Assembly (NCBI GenBank): GCA_965242565.1
Contig: OZ251457.1
Location: 1,935,863-1,999,862 of the forward strand
Direction of reading: 5' to 3'
DNA length: 64,000 nt
Source: Dehalococcoidia bacterium
GTDB taxonomy: Bacteria > Chloroflexota > Dehalococcoidia > Bin125
The position numbers and the translations under genes are program-made. Below are positions 1-7,870 of this stretch, piece by piece; position 1 is the first letter of the stretch; every line of letters starts with the position of its first letter. Under the pieces are notes generated by a model that saw only the letters and a program-made list of their open reading frames with translations, was not told where the DNA came from and did not search any database.

Positions 1-300
1 CAAATCTCGGAGCGGGTTAAGCAGCGCCGCCACCGCCAACTGATGACCCTGCTCGAAGCGATCGCCGCCGAGCGCAGCGCCGAGCAGGTCGGCCGCGAGC
101 TCGAAATCCTTGTCGAGTCCGAACCCGGCCAAACCACCGACGACGGCGCGCCCGTCTTCGCGGGCCGCAGCTACCGCGAAGCCCCCGAAGTCGACGGCCT
201 CGTCTTCTGCGACGGCATCGCCGCCCCCGGCGCAATGCCCACCGTCCGCATTACCCAGGCCCTCGGCCACGACCTCTGGGCCACCCCGCTCCACCCCTGA
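1..300 (+). CDS. Radical-SAM methylthiotransferase (RimO/MiaB family), 3' end only (C-terminal TRAM domain); 5'-partial at window edge
   Basis: Frame 1 is open from nt 1 (QISERVKQRRHRQLMTLLEAIAAE...EVDGLVFCDGIAAPGAMPTVRITQALGHDLW). The pattern is typical of the C-terminal TRAM domain of RimO/MiaB enzymes. Stop at 298-300. Confidence 0.55.
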   Translation, partial: QISERVKQRRHRQLMTLLEAIAAERSAEQVGRELEILVESEPGQTTDDGAPVFAGRSYREAPEVDGLVFCDGIAAPGAMPTVRITQALGHDLWATPLHP

Positions 301-560
301 CCCGCCCCCATCCCCCCGTCATTCCCGCCCCCATCCCCCCGTCATTCCCGCCACCCCTTTTCCCGTCATTCCCGCCACCGAGCGGGAATCGCCCCCATCC
401 CACCTCAAACACCCGTCAACCACCCCCTCCGTCGCCCCCGCGAACCACCCTTCCGTCGCCCCAGACTTGATCTGGGGCCCAAACCCAACCCCGTTCGCAG
501 CGCCGGAGACCCAAACCGCCCCCAACGCCCGTCCGCAGGACATCCAGGCACCTCGCCGCC
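300..560. repeat. Intergenic structured-repeat cluster: copies of 'gtcattcccgcc...gagcgggaatcg' hairpin module and a 'cagacttgatctggggcccaaacccaaccccgttcgcagcgc' module (459-510)
   Basis: The same modules recur at 3080-3340, 3757-3865, 6935-7085, 16478-16600, 27290-27545, 37120-37565, 44140-44560 and 62805-62965. Stems are perfect inverted repeats (ttcccgc/gcgggaa; ccccaga/tctgggg). Confidence 0.6.
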
Positions 561-570
561 CCGAACGCCC

Positions 571-867
571 CTACAAATGAATCGTCTCCGTCTCCACCGA
601 CCGCACCTCCGCGTCGATCGACAGCCCCTCCACGAACCGCTGAATGTGCTGCGCCGTCGCGTGGCTCCGCGCCTCAGCGTTGGACACCGTCGCAAACACC
701 AACTCCGCCCGCGTCGGATCATCCAGCTCGCCGACCTCGGCCACCGCGGCGTTGAACCGCTGCCGCACCCGATCCCGCACCCGTCGCACCACCGCCCGCT
801 TCTCCTTCAGCGACGCCGACTCAAACAGCGCCAGCTCCAGCCGCAACACGCAAACCGCGGCGCTCAC
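571..867 (-). CDS. DUF503 (YlxP-like) family protein
   Basis: 98-aa ORF MSAAVCVLRLELALFESASLKEKRAVVRRVRDRV... matches the DUF503 signature (hydrophobic-x-L-x-L-x-L...SLKEKR). It overlaps the scpB stop by 4 nt (operon). Confidence 0.65.
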   Translation of the reverse strand: MSAAVCVLRLELALFESASLKEKRAVVRRVRDRVRQRFNAAVAEVGELDDPTRAELVFATVSNAEARSHATAQHIQRFVEGLSIDAEVRSVETETIHL

Positions 868-1511
868 TCCGACGACCCCTCGACCGGTTCCCCAGCTGGT
901 TCCACAACCGGCTCTTCAACCGCCTCCGACGCCTCCAGCGGCAGCGACGCCTGCTCGGCCGGCGGCGGCACATCCTCCAGCGGCGGCAGCTCCGCCAGAC
1001 CGCTCAGCGCGAAATGATCCAGAAAACGCGGCGTCACGCTCCACAACAGCGGCTGCCCGGGCGCCTCCAGACGCCCCACCGGCTCGATCAAATCCCGCGC
1101 CCGCAGCGTGCGCAGCGCCCCGTCCGCGCCTACCCCGCGCGTCTGCTCGATCGCCCCCCGCGTGATCGGCTGCCGATAGGCGATGATCGCCAGCGTCTCC
1201 AGCGCCGCGCGCGACAGCCGATTCGGCGCCTCCAGCCCCAGCAACCGCTCCACCCAGGGCGCCGCCTCGGGCGCGCTGACCAGCGCCACCGTCGCCCCGT
1301 GCCGCCGCAGCCGGGCGCCCCGCCCCGCCCGCGCTCCCAGCTCCGCCAGCGCCTCCTCCACCGCGTCCGACGAAACCCCGCAGACCCGCGCCAGCAACTG
1401 AATCGTCGGCGGCTGCTCGGCCACCAACAACAGCGCCTCCAGCACCAGCGGCAAATCGTCGGGCCGCTGCGCGCCGGCCGCCGCCGCCGCGGATTCGGTC
1501 GCGTCGCTCAT
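864..1511 (-). CDS. scpB: Segregation and condensation protein B (ScpB)
   Basis: 215 aa with two winged-helix ScpB motifs (LEALLLVAEQPPTIQLLARVCGVS..., LETLAIIAYRQPITRGAIEQTRGV) and an acidic C-terminus. It overlaps the upstream MTTase stop (1508-1511). Confidence 0.8.
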   Translation of the reverse strand: MSDATESAAAAAGAQRPDDLPLVLEALLLVAEQPPTIQLLARVCGVSSDAVEEALAELGARAGRGARLRRHGATVALVSAPEAAPWVERLLGLEAPNRLSRAALETLAIIAYRQPITRGAIEQTRGVGADGALRTLRARDLIEPVGRLEAPGQPLLWSVTPRFLDHFALSGLAELPPLEDVPPPAEQASLPLEASEAVEEPVVEPAGEPVEGSSE

Positions 1512-2875
1512 CGCCCCGCCAACTTCCCAAGCGCGGCCGGCGCGCCCTCCCCGTCCGATGCCAGCCCCACGATCTCCACCGCCGTCAGCCAGTTCAGCGG
1601 CGGCGCTTCCCCCTCCCCGTCCACCAGCCGGTCCGCCAGCCCGTCCACCGGCCAGTCCACCAGCACCGGCGCGTAGGTGTCCGTCAGACCGTGCAGACGC
1701 GCCCCATCGAACGACTCGAAAAGCACCGGCAGCGTCTCGCCCGCCAGCTGCCCGCGAAACCGCGTCGCCTGTTCCACGGCCAGCTCGCGCAGCCGACGCG
1801 CCCGCTCGCGTTTGACCGGCGGCGCGACATCATCCTCCAGCAGCGCCGCGCCGGTGCGCGGGCGCGGCGAGTAAGGGAAAACGTGCATATCGGCGAACGC
1901 CGCCTCGCGGCAGAGCGCGTAGGTCCGCTCGAAATCCTCCTCCGTTTCGCCCGGAAACCCCACAATCACATCCGTCGTGATCGCCGCGCCCGGCGCAGCC
2001 AGTCGAATCCGCTCCAGCGCCTCCAGAAACTGCGCCGCGCTGTAGCGCCGCCGCATCCGACCCAGCACCGCGTCCGACCCGCTCTGCAGCGCCAGATGAA
2101 AATGACGGCAGAGCCGCGCATCGTCCCAGCAGGCCAGCAGCTCGGGCGTGATGTCCTGCGGCTGAATCGACGAATAGCGCAACCGCGGCGCGTCGGTCTC
2201 GCTTAACAGCGTCTCGAGCAGCCGCGCCGCGTTCGTCCCGTCGCCGCGATCGCGCCCATACGCGCCCGGCTGCGTGCCGGTCAGCACCACCTCCTGCACG
2301 CCCTCCGCCACCCGCTCCCGCACCTCCGCCGCCACCTCCGCAATCGGAACCGCGCGCTCCCGCCCCCGCACGCTGGGCACGATGCAGAAGGCGCACACAT
2401 CGTCGCAGCCCTCCTGAATCTTCACGAACGCCCGCGTCCGTCCGCCCGCTCGCCCTGATCCCTCCGCTCGTCCTGCCGCCCCGTTGCCGTCGGCCCGTCC
2501 CAACGCGCGCAGCACCGCCTCCGCCGCGCGCGCCTTCTCCGCATTCGGCACCACCGCAGCCACGCCCAGCTCGACCGCCAGCGCGCCGCCCGCATGCTCC
2601 GTGTAGCAGCCCGTCACCACCACCGGCGCGTTCGGCGTCAACCGCCGCGCCAGACGAATCAGCCGCCGCGCCTTGCGATCCGCCGTATGCGTCACGCTGC
2701 ACGTGTTGATCAGCCAGGCGTCGGCCTCGGCCGGGCGATCCACCGTCACGCAGCCCGCGCCCCGCAGCGCGCGCGCGGCCGCCTCGGTTTCCGCCTGGTT
2801 CAGCTTGCAACCCAGCGTCAGCGCGGCGACGACGGGCGCGCGCCGCTCCGGCGCGCCGCTGCGGAGATCTGCCAC
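1508..2875 (-). CDS. MiaB-like tRNA methylthiotransferase (MtaB-type radical SAM enzyme)
   Basis: N-terminal MTTase domain (LTLGCKLNQAETEAA...INTCSVTHTADRKAR). Radical-SAM CxxxCxxC (EGCDDVCAFCIVP). C-terminal TRAM-like region. The ORF-track N-terminal extension to 3478 runs through a repeat cluster. The likely start is GTG around 2875, possibly further in at about 2833. Confidence 0.7.
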   Translation of the reverse strand: MADLRSGAPERRAPVVAALTLGCKLNQAETEAAARALRGAGCVTVDRPAEADAWLINTCSVTHTADRKARRLIRLARRLTPNAPVVVTGCYTEHAGGALAVELGVAAVVPNAEKARAAEAVLRALGRADGNGAAGRAEGSGRAGGRTRAFVKIQEGCDDVCAFCIVPSVRGRERAVPIAEVAAEVRERVAEGVQEVVLTGTQPGAYGRDRGDGTNAARLLETLLSETDAPRLRYSSIQPQDITPELLACWDDARLCRHFHLALQSGSDAVLGRMRRRYSAAQFLEALERIRLAAPGAAITTDVIVGFPGETEEDFERTYALCREAAFADMHVFPYSPRPRTGAALLEDDVAPPVKRERARRLRELAVEQATRFRGQLAGETLPVLFESFDGARLHGLTDTYAPVLVDWPVDGLADRLVDGEGEAPPLNWLTAVEIVGLASDGEGAPAALGKLAGR

Positions 2876-2949
2876 ATACCGCTCCTTCGCCGCTACGATA
2901 TATCGCAGCCGCGGGCGCGCCGCCCGCGCCCACCGGAAAGCAGCGCCCC

Positions 2950-3076
2950 CATGGTTGAAGTCGGCCTCGCCATCCTCTTTATCGCCATCCTGGTCGGCGC
3001 CGACCGCCGCCGCTACGAGCGCCTCGGCGAGCGCATGCGCGAAGTCGTCGACTGGCTCGACCGCCCCGAGCAATAG
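2950..3076 (+). CDS. Small hypothetical membrane protein (41 aa)
   Basis: ATG at 2950; MVEVGLAILFIAILVGADRRRYERLGERMREVVDWLDRPEQ has one TM helix plus a charged tail. No homology call possible. Confidence 0.3.
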
Positions 3077-3077
3077 C

Positions 3078-3340
3078 CCCACCCACCGCACACCTCCCCC
3101 CGTCGCCCCGCCCTTCCCCGTCACTCCCGCTCCTCCCGTCGCCCCTGCTCCTGTCCGTCTCGCCCCTGTCCCCATTCCACGCCCCGTCCCCGTCCGTCGT
3201 CCCCGCCCCTGTCCGTTGCCCTCGCCCCCGTCCGTTGCCTTCGCCCCCGTCCGTTGCCCCCGACTTGATCGGGGGCCAAACCCAACTCCGTTCGCAGCGC
3301 AAGAGGTCCGAGCCATCCTCCAACGCTCATTCGCAGAGCG
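3078..3340. repeat. Intergenic structured-repeat cluster (pyrimidine-rich degenerate direct repeats 'ccgtccgttgcc' x3 plus the hairpin module 'cccccgacttgatcgggggccaaacccaactccgttcgcagcgc' at 3258-3300)
   Basis: Same repeat family as 300-560. The hairpin stem carries compensatory changes relative to other copies (cccccga/tcggggg versus ccccaga/tctgggg). Confidence 0.6.
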
Positions 3341-3462
3341 CCCGACACGCCGCGCCGCTGGCAATCGCTGTCTGGATTCCTGTGTTCCAGCCGGAGCCAA
3401 ACCACAACCTCGCCACCGCCGCCGCCGCGCACCGCCCCCCACAGCAGCCATAACGACGCCGC

Positions 3463-3492
3463 TTGACAAGCACAGCACTCACGTTCTATGAT
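3463..3492 (+). promoter_or_regulatory. Sigma70-like promoter candidate (TTGACA-18 nt-TATGAT)
   Basis: cTTGACAagcacagcactcacgttcTATGATcgc is followed by gagg and an ATG at 3523. It is a rare AT-rich consensus in a 70% GC context. Confidence 0.3.
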
Positions 3493-3522
3493 CGCACCAC
3501 AACGCTCAGAGAGCGAGGTGCG

Positions 3523-3753
3523 CAAATGACGCTCTCCACCCACACCCGAGGCATCCAGCTGGCGCTCGCGGCCCACCGGCCCCGCCCCGAGCGCGGGCGC
3601 GGCCTTGTCCACCCTCCCTGCCCCGTCTGCGCCGGCCCCACCGCGAGGCATGGGCGCCGCGTCGTCTGCGTCATCTGCGGCCACGGCGCGCAGGAACGCC
3701 CCCGCCAGCCCACTCGCCAACCCGCCCATCACCCCCGCCGCCACCCCAACTGA
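3523..3753 (+). CDS. Small hypothetical zinc-ribbon protein (about 76 aa)
   Basis: MTLSTHTRGIQLALAAHRPRPERGRGLVHPPCPVCAGPTARHGRRVVCVICGHGA... has a CPxC...CxxCGH pattern. It lies downstream of the promoter-like element. Coding status is uncertain. Confidence 0.3.
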   Translation, partial: QMTLSTHTRGIQLALAAHRPRPERGRGLVHPPCPVCAGPTARHGRRVVCVICGHGAQERPRQPTRQPAHHPRRHPN

Positions 3754-3756
3754 TAG

Positions 3757-3865
3757 CCCCACTCCCCACCGCCGTCCGCCATTCCCGCCCCCTTCCGTCA
3801 TTCCCCGCCCCCTTCCGTCATTCCCGCCCCCGAGCGGGAACCCAGACCCGCCCACAGCGCAAGAG
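3757..3865. repeat. Repeat cluster ('ccttccgtcattccc(c)gcc' x3 plus 'cccgagcgggaac' hairpin)
   Basis: Same family as 300-560. Confidence 0.55.
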
Positions 3866-3934
3866 GCGGCAATCCGCCCCAACGGGCGTTCGCCGGAAGC
3901 CCGCCCCAGTGCAGCGCCTTACCCCGACCAAACC

Positions 3935-4080
3935 CGACCACTCCCGAACAAACCCGAACAACGCCGACCAAACCTGACCACGACCGACCACCGCCGGCCA
4001 GGGAAAACACGAAGATCGCCGGAGCACACCACCTGACCACTCCCGAACAAACCCGAACAACGCCGACCAAACCTGACCAC
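3935..4080. repeat. 46-bp perfect direct repeat 'gaccactcccgaacaaacccgaacaacgccgaccaaacctgaccac' (3935-3980 and 4034-4080)
   Basis: Two identical copies about 53 bp apart, ending about 65 bp upstream of the PBP start codon. The related motif 'aaacctgaccac/ctctgaccaac' recurs at 27480-27540 upstream of the RM gene. Confidence 0.6.
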
Positions 4081-4145
4081 CCCCTGCTGTGGCGCACGGC
4101 GCGCGGGCGCGGTACCGTAAGGACGGCGGGTGCGCAGGCATTGCC

Positions 4146-6476
4146 ATGCGAGTTGGTTGGGCGGCGCGGCGAGCAGCACTGCTCGCCGCATTCCTCGCGG
4201 CGCTGATCTCGAGCGCGTGCATCTTCGGCGGCGAGTCGGAGCGCGACCTCTCCGAGTACTTTCCGCAAGCCCAGCAGCAGGCGCAGCAGCAGCCCGACCA
4301 ACCAGCCGCCCCCGCCGCGCAGCAGCAAACCCAGCCCGGCTCAGCGCTGCCGCCGCTGGAGCGGCTCGAAGACACCTCGCGCGCGCCGGTCAGCGCGCTC
4401 GAAGCCGTCCAGCGCTTCTTCCACCTGCTCGCCACCGACCGCCTCGCCGAGGCTTGGACCACCATCAGCGTCGAGGGCAAAGAGCGCTACGACGCGGAGC
4501 GCTTCGCGCAGCGCTACCGCGACATCTGGGCCGAGGCGACGATCCGCGGCTTCAGCTGGGAGATCGTCGAGGGCGACGACGTCAACGCGCCCGCCTTCGA
4601 CGTGATTCTGCGCTACCAGACGACCTTTTTCGGCGAGATCGAGGAGCGCGTCTTCGCTCCCGTCCTGCGCCAGCCTCACTGGGTCGTCGACTGGTCGCCC
4701 AATCTGATCTTCGACGGCCTCGGACCCGAGGGCTTCCTGATCCACACGCTGGTCGAAGTGCCCGAGCGCGGCCGCATCCTCGACCGCAACGGCGAGGTGC
4801 TGGCGGGCGAGGCGCAGGTGGCGATTGTGGGCGTGCATTGGGACGTGGTGACGGACGAGGATTTCGTGATCGATTTCTTCGTGGAGCGGCTGGGCATGGA
4901 TGAGGCGGTGGTGCGCTCGCTGATCTACCAGGACGTTCCGAGTTATCAGTTTCTGCCGGTGGCGGAGTTGCCGATCGGCACGCCCGAGGAGCTGATTGCG
5001 GAGTACGACCAGCTTTCCGAGCACGGCATTCTGGTCAGCCGCGACACGCGGCGCTGGTATCCCCACGGCGAGCTGGCCTCGCATGTCGTCGGCTACCTCC
5101 AGGAGATCAACGCCGAGGAACTGGAGCAGCGCTTCACCGAGGGCTACCGCGCGGGCGACCGGATCGGGCGCGACGGCATCGAGCACTCGTTCGAGAACGC
5201 GCTGGCCGGGCGGCGCGGCGGCTCGCTGGTGATCCTCGACGCGAGCGGGCGGCCGATCCGCGAGATCACCGTCCGCCCCGCCGTGCCCGGCTCCGATGTC
5301 CGCCTCACGCTCGATCTGCGCGTGCAGCAGCTGGCCGAGGCCGCGCTCGGCGAGCAGCCCGGCGCCGCCGTCGCGCTCGATCCCCGCAACGGCCAGATCA
5401 TCGCCATGGCTTCCTATCCGCGCATCGACCCCAACGCCATCACCGACGGCTTCACCCAGGCGGAAGTCGATCTCTACTTCAACGACGAGCGCCAGCCGTT
5501 CATCAACCGCGCGGTCGAACAGGTCTACGCGCCCGGCTCGACCTTCAAGTCGATCACCCTCGCCGCCGCACTCGAAGAAGGCGGCTACGAGGTCAGCGAC
5601 CGGCTCGATTGCCCGGTCTCCTGGATGGGCGTGGGCGACCAGCCGCTGCGCAACTGGAAAGACACCGACCAGGGCTTGATCAGTCTGGCGCGCGCTCTGG
5701 CCGAGTCCTGCAACACCGTCTTCTACGAAATCGGCCTCCAGCTGGACCGCCGCGACGACCGTTTGCTGCCCTCGATCGCGGCCGGTTTCGGCTTCGGCGC
5801 GCCCACCGGCGTGGTCGGGCTGGCCGAGGAATCCGGCGTCAACCCGTCGCCCGCCTGGAAGCGCGCCGCGCTCAACGAGCCCTGGTACACCGGCGACACG
5901 CTCAACACCAGCATCGGCCAGGGCTTCGTCGCCGTCACCCCGCTGCAAATGGCCAACGCCTACGCCGCGCTCGCCACCAGCGGCGTGCTCTTCACGCCCG
6001 TCATCGTCCACTCGATCGAGCCGCGCGGCGCGCCGCCGGAGCCGATCGAGCGCCGCGCGATCAACGTGCTGCCCGTCTCCGCCGAAACACTGAGCCAGCT
6101 CAAGGCCGCCCTGCGCGGGGTCGTCTCCCAGCCCTTCGGCACGGGTTGGGGACCGTTCAACGGCAGCGCCCTGCGTGTCGCCGGCAAGTCGGGCACCGCC
6201 GAAGATCAGGTGATTGACGCCGAAACGATCGCCACCGTCGACGAAGCGCAGCAGGCCGCCCAACAGCAGGCCGGCCAGCAGTCGGAGCAGGAACAGCCGC
6301 CCGAGCAGGTCGGCCCCTTCTTCACCCACGCCTGGTTCGCCGCCTGGGCCAACTACGACGACCCCAGACTGGTCGTGGCGATCGTGCTCGACGACGGCAA
6401 GTCGGGCGCGGACGACGCCGGACCGATCGCCCGTCGCGTGCTGGAAGGCGCAATCCTCACCGGCGCGGTACCGTGA
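4146..6476 (+). CDS. Class B penicillin-binding protein (PBP2-like transpeptidase) with NTF2-like N-terminal domain
   Basis: Signal/TM segment MRVGWAARRAALLAAFLAALISSACIF. Transpeptidase motifs STFK (APGSTFKSITL), SxN (LNTSIGQG) and KSG (GKSGTAE). Q-rich low-complexity linkers. Start ATG 4146 is preferred over 4089. Confidence 0.85.
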   Translation: MRVGWAARRAALLAAFLAALISSACIFGGESERDLSEYFPQAQQQAQQQPDQPAAPAAQQQTQPGSALPPLERLEDTSRAPVSALEAVQRFFHLLATDRLAEAWTTISVEGKERYDAERFAQRYRDIWAEATIRGFSWEIVEGDDVNAPAFDVILRYQTTFFGEIEERVFAPVLRQPHWVVDWSPNLIFDGLGPEGFLIHTLVEVPERGRILDRNGEVLAGEAQVAIVGVHWDVVTDEDFVIDFFVERLGMDEAVVRSLIYQDVPSYQFLPVAELPIGTPEELIAEYDQLSEHGILVSRDTRRWYPHGELASHVVGYLQEINAEELEQRFTEGYRAGDRIGRDGIEHSFENALAGRRGGSLVILDASGRPIREITVRPAVPGSDVRLTLDLRVQQLAEAALGEQPGAAVALDPRNGQIIAMASYPRIDPNAITDGFTQAEVDLYFNDERQPFINRAVEQVYAPGSTFKSITLAAALEEGGYEVSDRLDCPVSWMGVGDQPLRNWKDTDQGLISLARALAESCNTVFYEIGLQLDRRDDRLLPSIAAGFGFGAPTGVVGLAEESGVNPSPAWKRAALNEPWYTGDTLNTSIGQGFVAVTPLQMANAYAALATSGVLFTPVIVHSIEPRGAPPEPIERRAINVLPVSAETLSQLKAALRGVVSQPFGTGWGPFNGSALRVAGKSGTAEDQVIDAETIATVDEAQQAAQQQAGQQSEQEQPPEQVGPFFTHAWFAAWANYDDPRLVVAIVLDDGKSGADDAGPIARRVLEGAILTGAVP

Positions 6477-6480
6477 GCGG

Positions 6481-6906
6481 ATGCAACGCGCACGCTTCCG
6501 CCGCCTGGTCGCCCAGGCGCTCGACGAAATCCCCGACGCGCTCGCCGAGCGGATGGAAAACGTCGTGATCCTCGTTCGCGGCCGTCCCGAGCCCGAAGAC
6601 CTGGCGCTGGTCGGCCTCGGCCCGCGCGACCTGCTGCTCGGCCTCTACAGCGGCCGACCGCTCACCAGCCGCGGCAACTACGGCGAGGTGCTGCCGGACC
6701 GCATCTACATCTACCAGGAGCCGATCGAGACCATCTGCCATTCCGAGCAGGAGATCGTCGAGCAGGTGCGCGAAACCGTGCTGCACGAGGTCGCCCACCA
6801 TTTCGGCATCGACGACGATCGCCTCGACGAAATCGGCATCGCCCCCCGCCAGGACGCCCACATCCAGCCCGAACCAACCCATCCCCGCTACGCCCCGTTC
6901 CTCTAG
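6481..6906 (+). CDS. DUF1025-type zinc metallopeptidase family protein
   Basis: 141-aa product MQRARFRRLVAQALDEIPDALAERMENVVILV... with an HExxH motif (LHEVAHHFGIDDDRLDE). The start is 5 nt after the PBP stop. Confidence 0.65.
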   Translation: MQRARFRRLVAQALDEIPDALAERMENVVILVRGRPEPEDLALVGLGPRDLLLGLYSGRPLTSRGNYGEVLPDRIYIYQEPIETICHSEQEIVEQVRETVLHEVAHHFGIDDDRLDEIGIAPRQDAHIQPEPTHPRYAPFL

Positions 6907-6934
6907 CGCCCGCCGCCCCGCGAGATCGCCGCCA

Positions 6935-7085
6935 CCCCGTGCTCCACCACTGCCACACCCACGCTCCACCACCGTCACACCCGCGCCCCACCTCCGCCAT
7001 GCCCACGCGCCCCACCTCCGTCATGCCCACGCTCACCATTTCCGTCATACCCGCGCTTGCCGCGGGTATCTCGACGCAACCGCCT
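6935..7085. repeat. Repeat cluster: degenerate tandem copies of 'tccaccNccgNcaNacccgcgc' ending in the intact palindromic module 'tccgtcatacccgcgcttgccgcgggtatctcgacgc'
   Basis: Perfect hairpin tacccgcg-cttg-ccgcgggta. The same module occurs at 27340-27375, 37240-37300, 37420-37455, 44275-44310 and 62840-62880. Confidence 0.6.
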
Positions 7086-7103
7086 CAAACGCCGTCTCCT
7101 CGC

Positions 7104-7373
7104 TCAGTCTCGCTCGGGCGCCGCCCGCTCGTAGCCCTCGTAGGCGATCGGTCGCGGTCGCACGCGAATGATCCGGATCTCGCGGCTCTCCCGATCCACC
7201 TCATACAGGACGCGCAAACTGCCCACGCGAATTCGCCACACATCCTCGTACCCCTGAAGCGGCGCGCCGCCCAACACACTGGCTCCGTTGCTCAGCGCGC
7301 GTCGTACTCGCTTCACCTCGCGTCGAGGTCTGGGGCTGAGCTGAGCGAGCTCGCGGTCCGCCTCCTCCGTCAC
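7104..7373 (-). CDS. Type II toxin, RelE/ParE family
   Basis: 89 aa; ...GYEDVWRIRVGSLRVLYEVDRESREIRIIRVRPR is the canonical RelE/ParE C-terminal signature. Confidence 0.75.
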   Translation of the reverse strand: MTEEADRELAQLSPRPRREVKRVRRALSNGASVLGGAPLQGYEDVWRIRVGSLRVLYEVDRESREIRIIRVRPRPIAYEGYERAAPERD

Positions 7374-7402
7374 AACGACGCGCCAGAGCCGATGCTGAGC
7401 CG

Positions 7403-7840
7403 CTATCGTTCTGCCCTGAAGAAATAGTCGGCCCCGAGCAGGTCGTCCATGTCCTCGGGGAACTCCTTATGGACCATGAAGAAGAACTCGCGGCTCTCCG
7501 GCGTGTAAGGGTCGAACACGAAGCGATCCATCTTTTCCAACGCGCCGGGGAGCTTCGCCTCGAGCGCGCGGTTCCACGCCTCTTCCTCCGCATCTTCCAC
7601 TTCCCAGCGGGCTTCAATTTCCTCGGCCGGAATGATCCTGGCGGTTGCCCGCCGCTCGGCCGCCACACGCGCGTCCTCGGCGTCCCATTCCGGCGTGAGG
7701 TCCTCGTCGAAGCCGACCACCTTCATCCACTCGGCGAACTCGTGCTCGCCGATCTTGATGGCGAGCTCAACCCGCTGCCGGCGATCCAGCCCCCGCCACG
7801 CCTCATGCATCAGCTGCTGCGCCTGCTCGTTGGTGACCAT
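7403..7840 (-). CDS. Putative antitoxin partner of RelE (addiction-module-like segment with an acidic C-terminal extension); atypical
   Basis: It ends 30 nt upstream of the RelE start on the same strand. The internal segment EWDAEDARVAAERRATARIIPAEEIEARW resembles the C-terminus of TIGR02574-type addiction-module components. The protein is 145 aa, much longer than usual. Assignment is tentative. Confidence 0.4.
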   Translation of the reverse strand: MVTNEQAQQLMHEAWRGLDRRQRVELAIKIGEHEFAEWMKVVGFDEDLTPEWDAEDARVAAERRATARIIPAEEIEARWEVEDAEEEAWNRALEAKLPGALEKMDRFVFDPYTPESREFFFMVHKEFPEDMDDLLGADYFFRAER

Positions 7841-7870
7841 GCCCGGCTCCTGTTCCCTGCTGCGCCCAAT

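Noticed and set aside
916-1530. 204-aa Gly/Ala/Arg-rich ORF on minus strand
   Set aside because: Alternate frame of the scpB gene. The low-complexity G/A/R composition is typical of a high-GC out-of-frame artefact.
1830-3478. Long upstream extension of the MtaB-like gene and overlapping 367-aa ORF
   Set aside because: The extension runs through the intergenic repeat cluster (translating to G/T/R-rich junk). The methylthiotransferase domain begins about 2833-2875.
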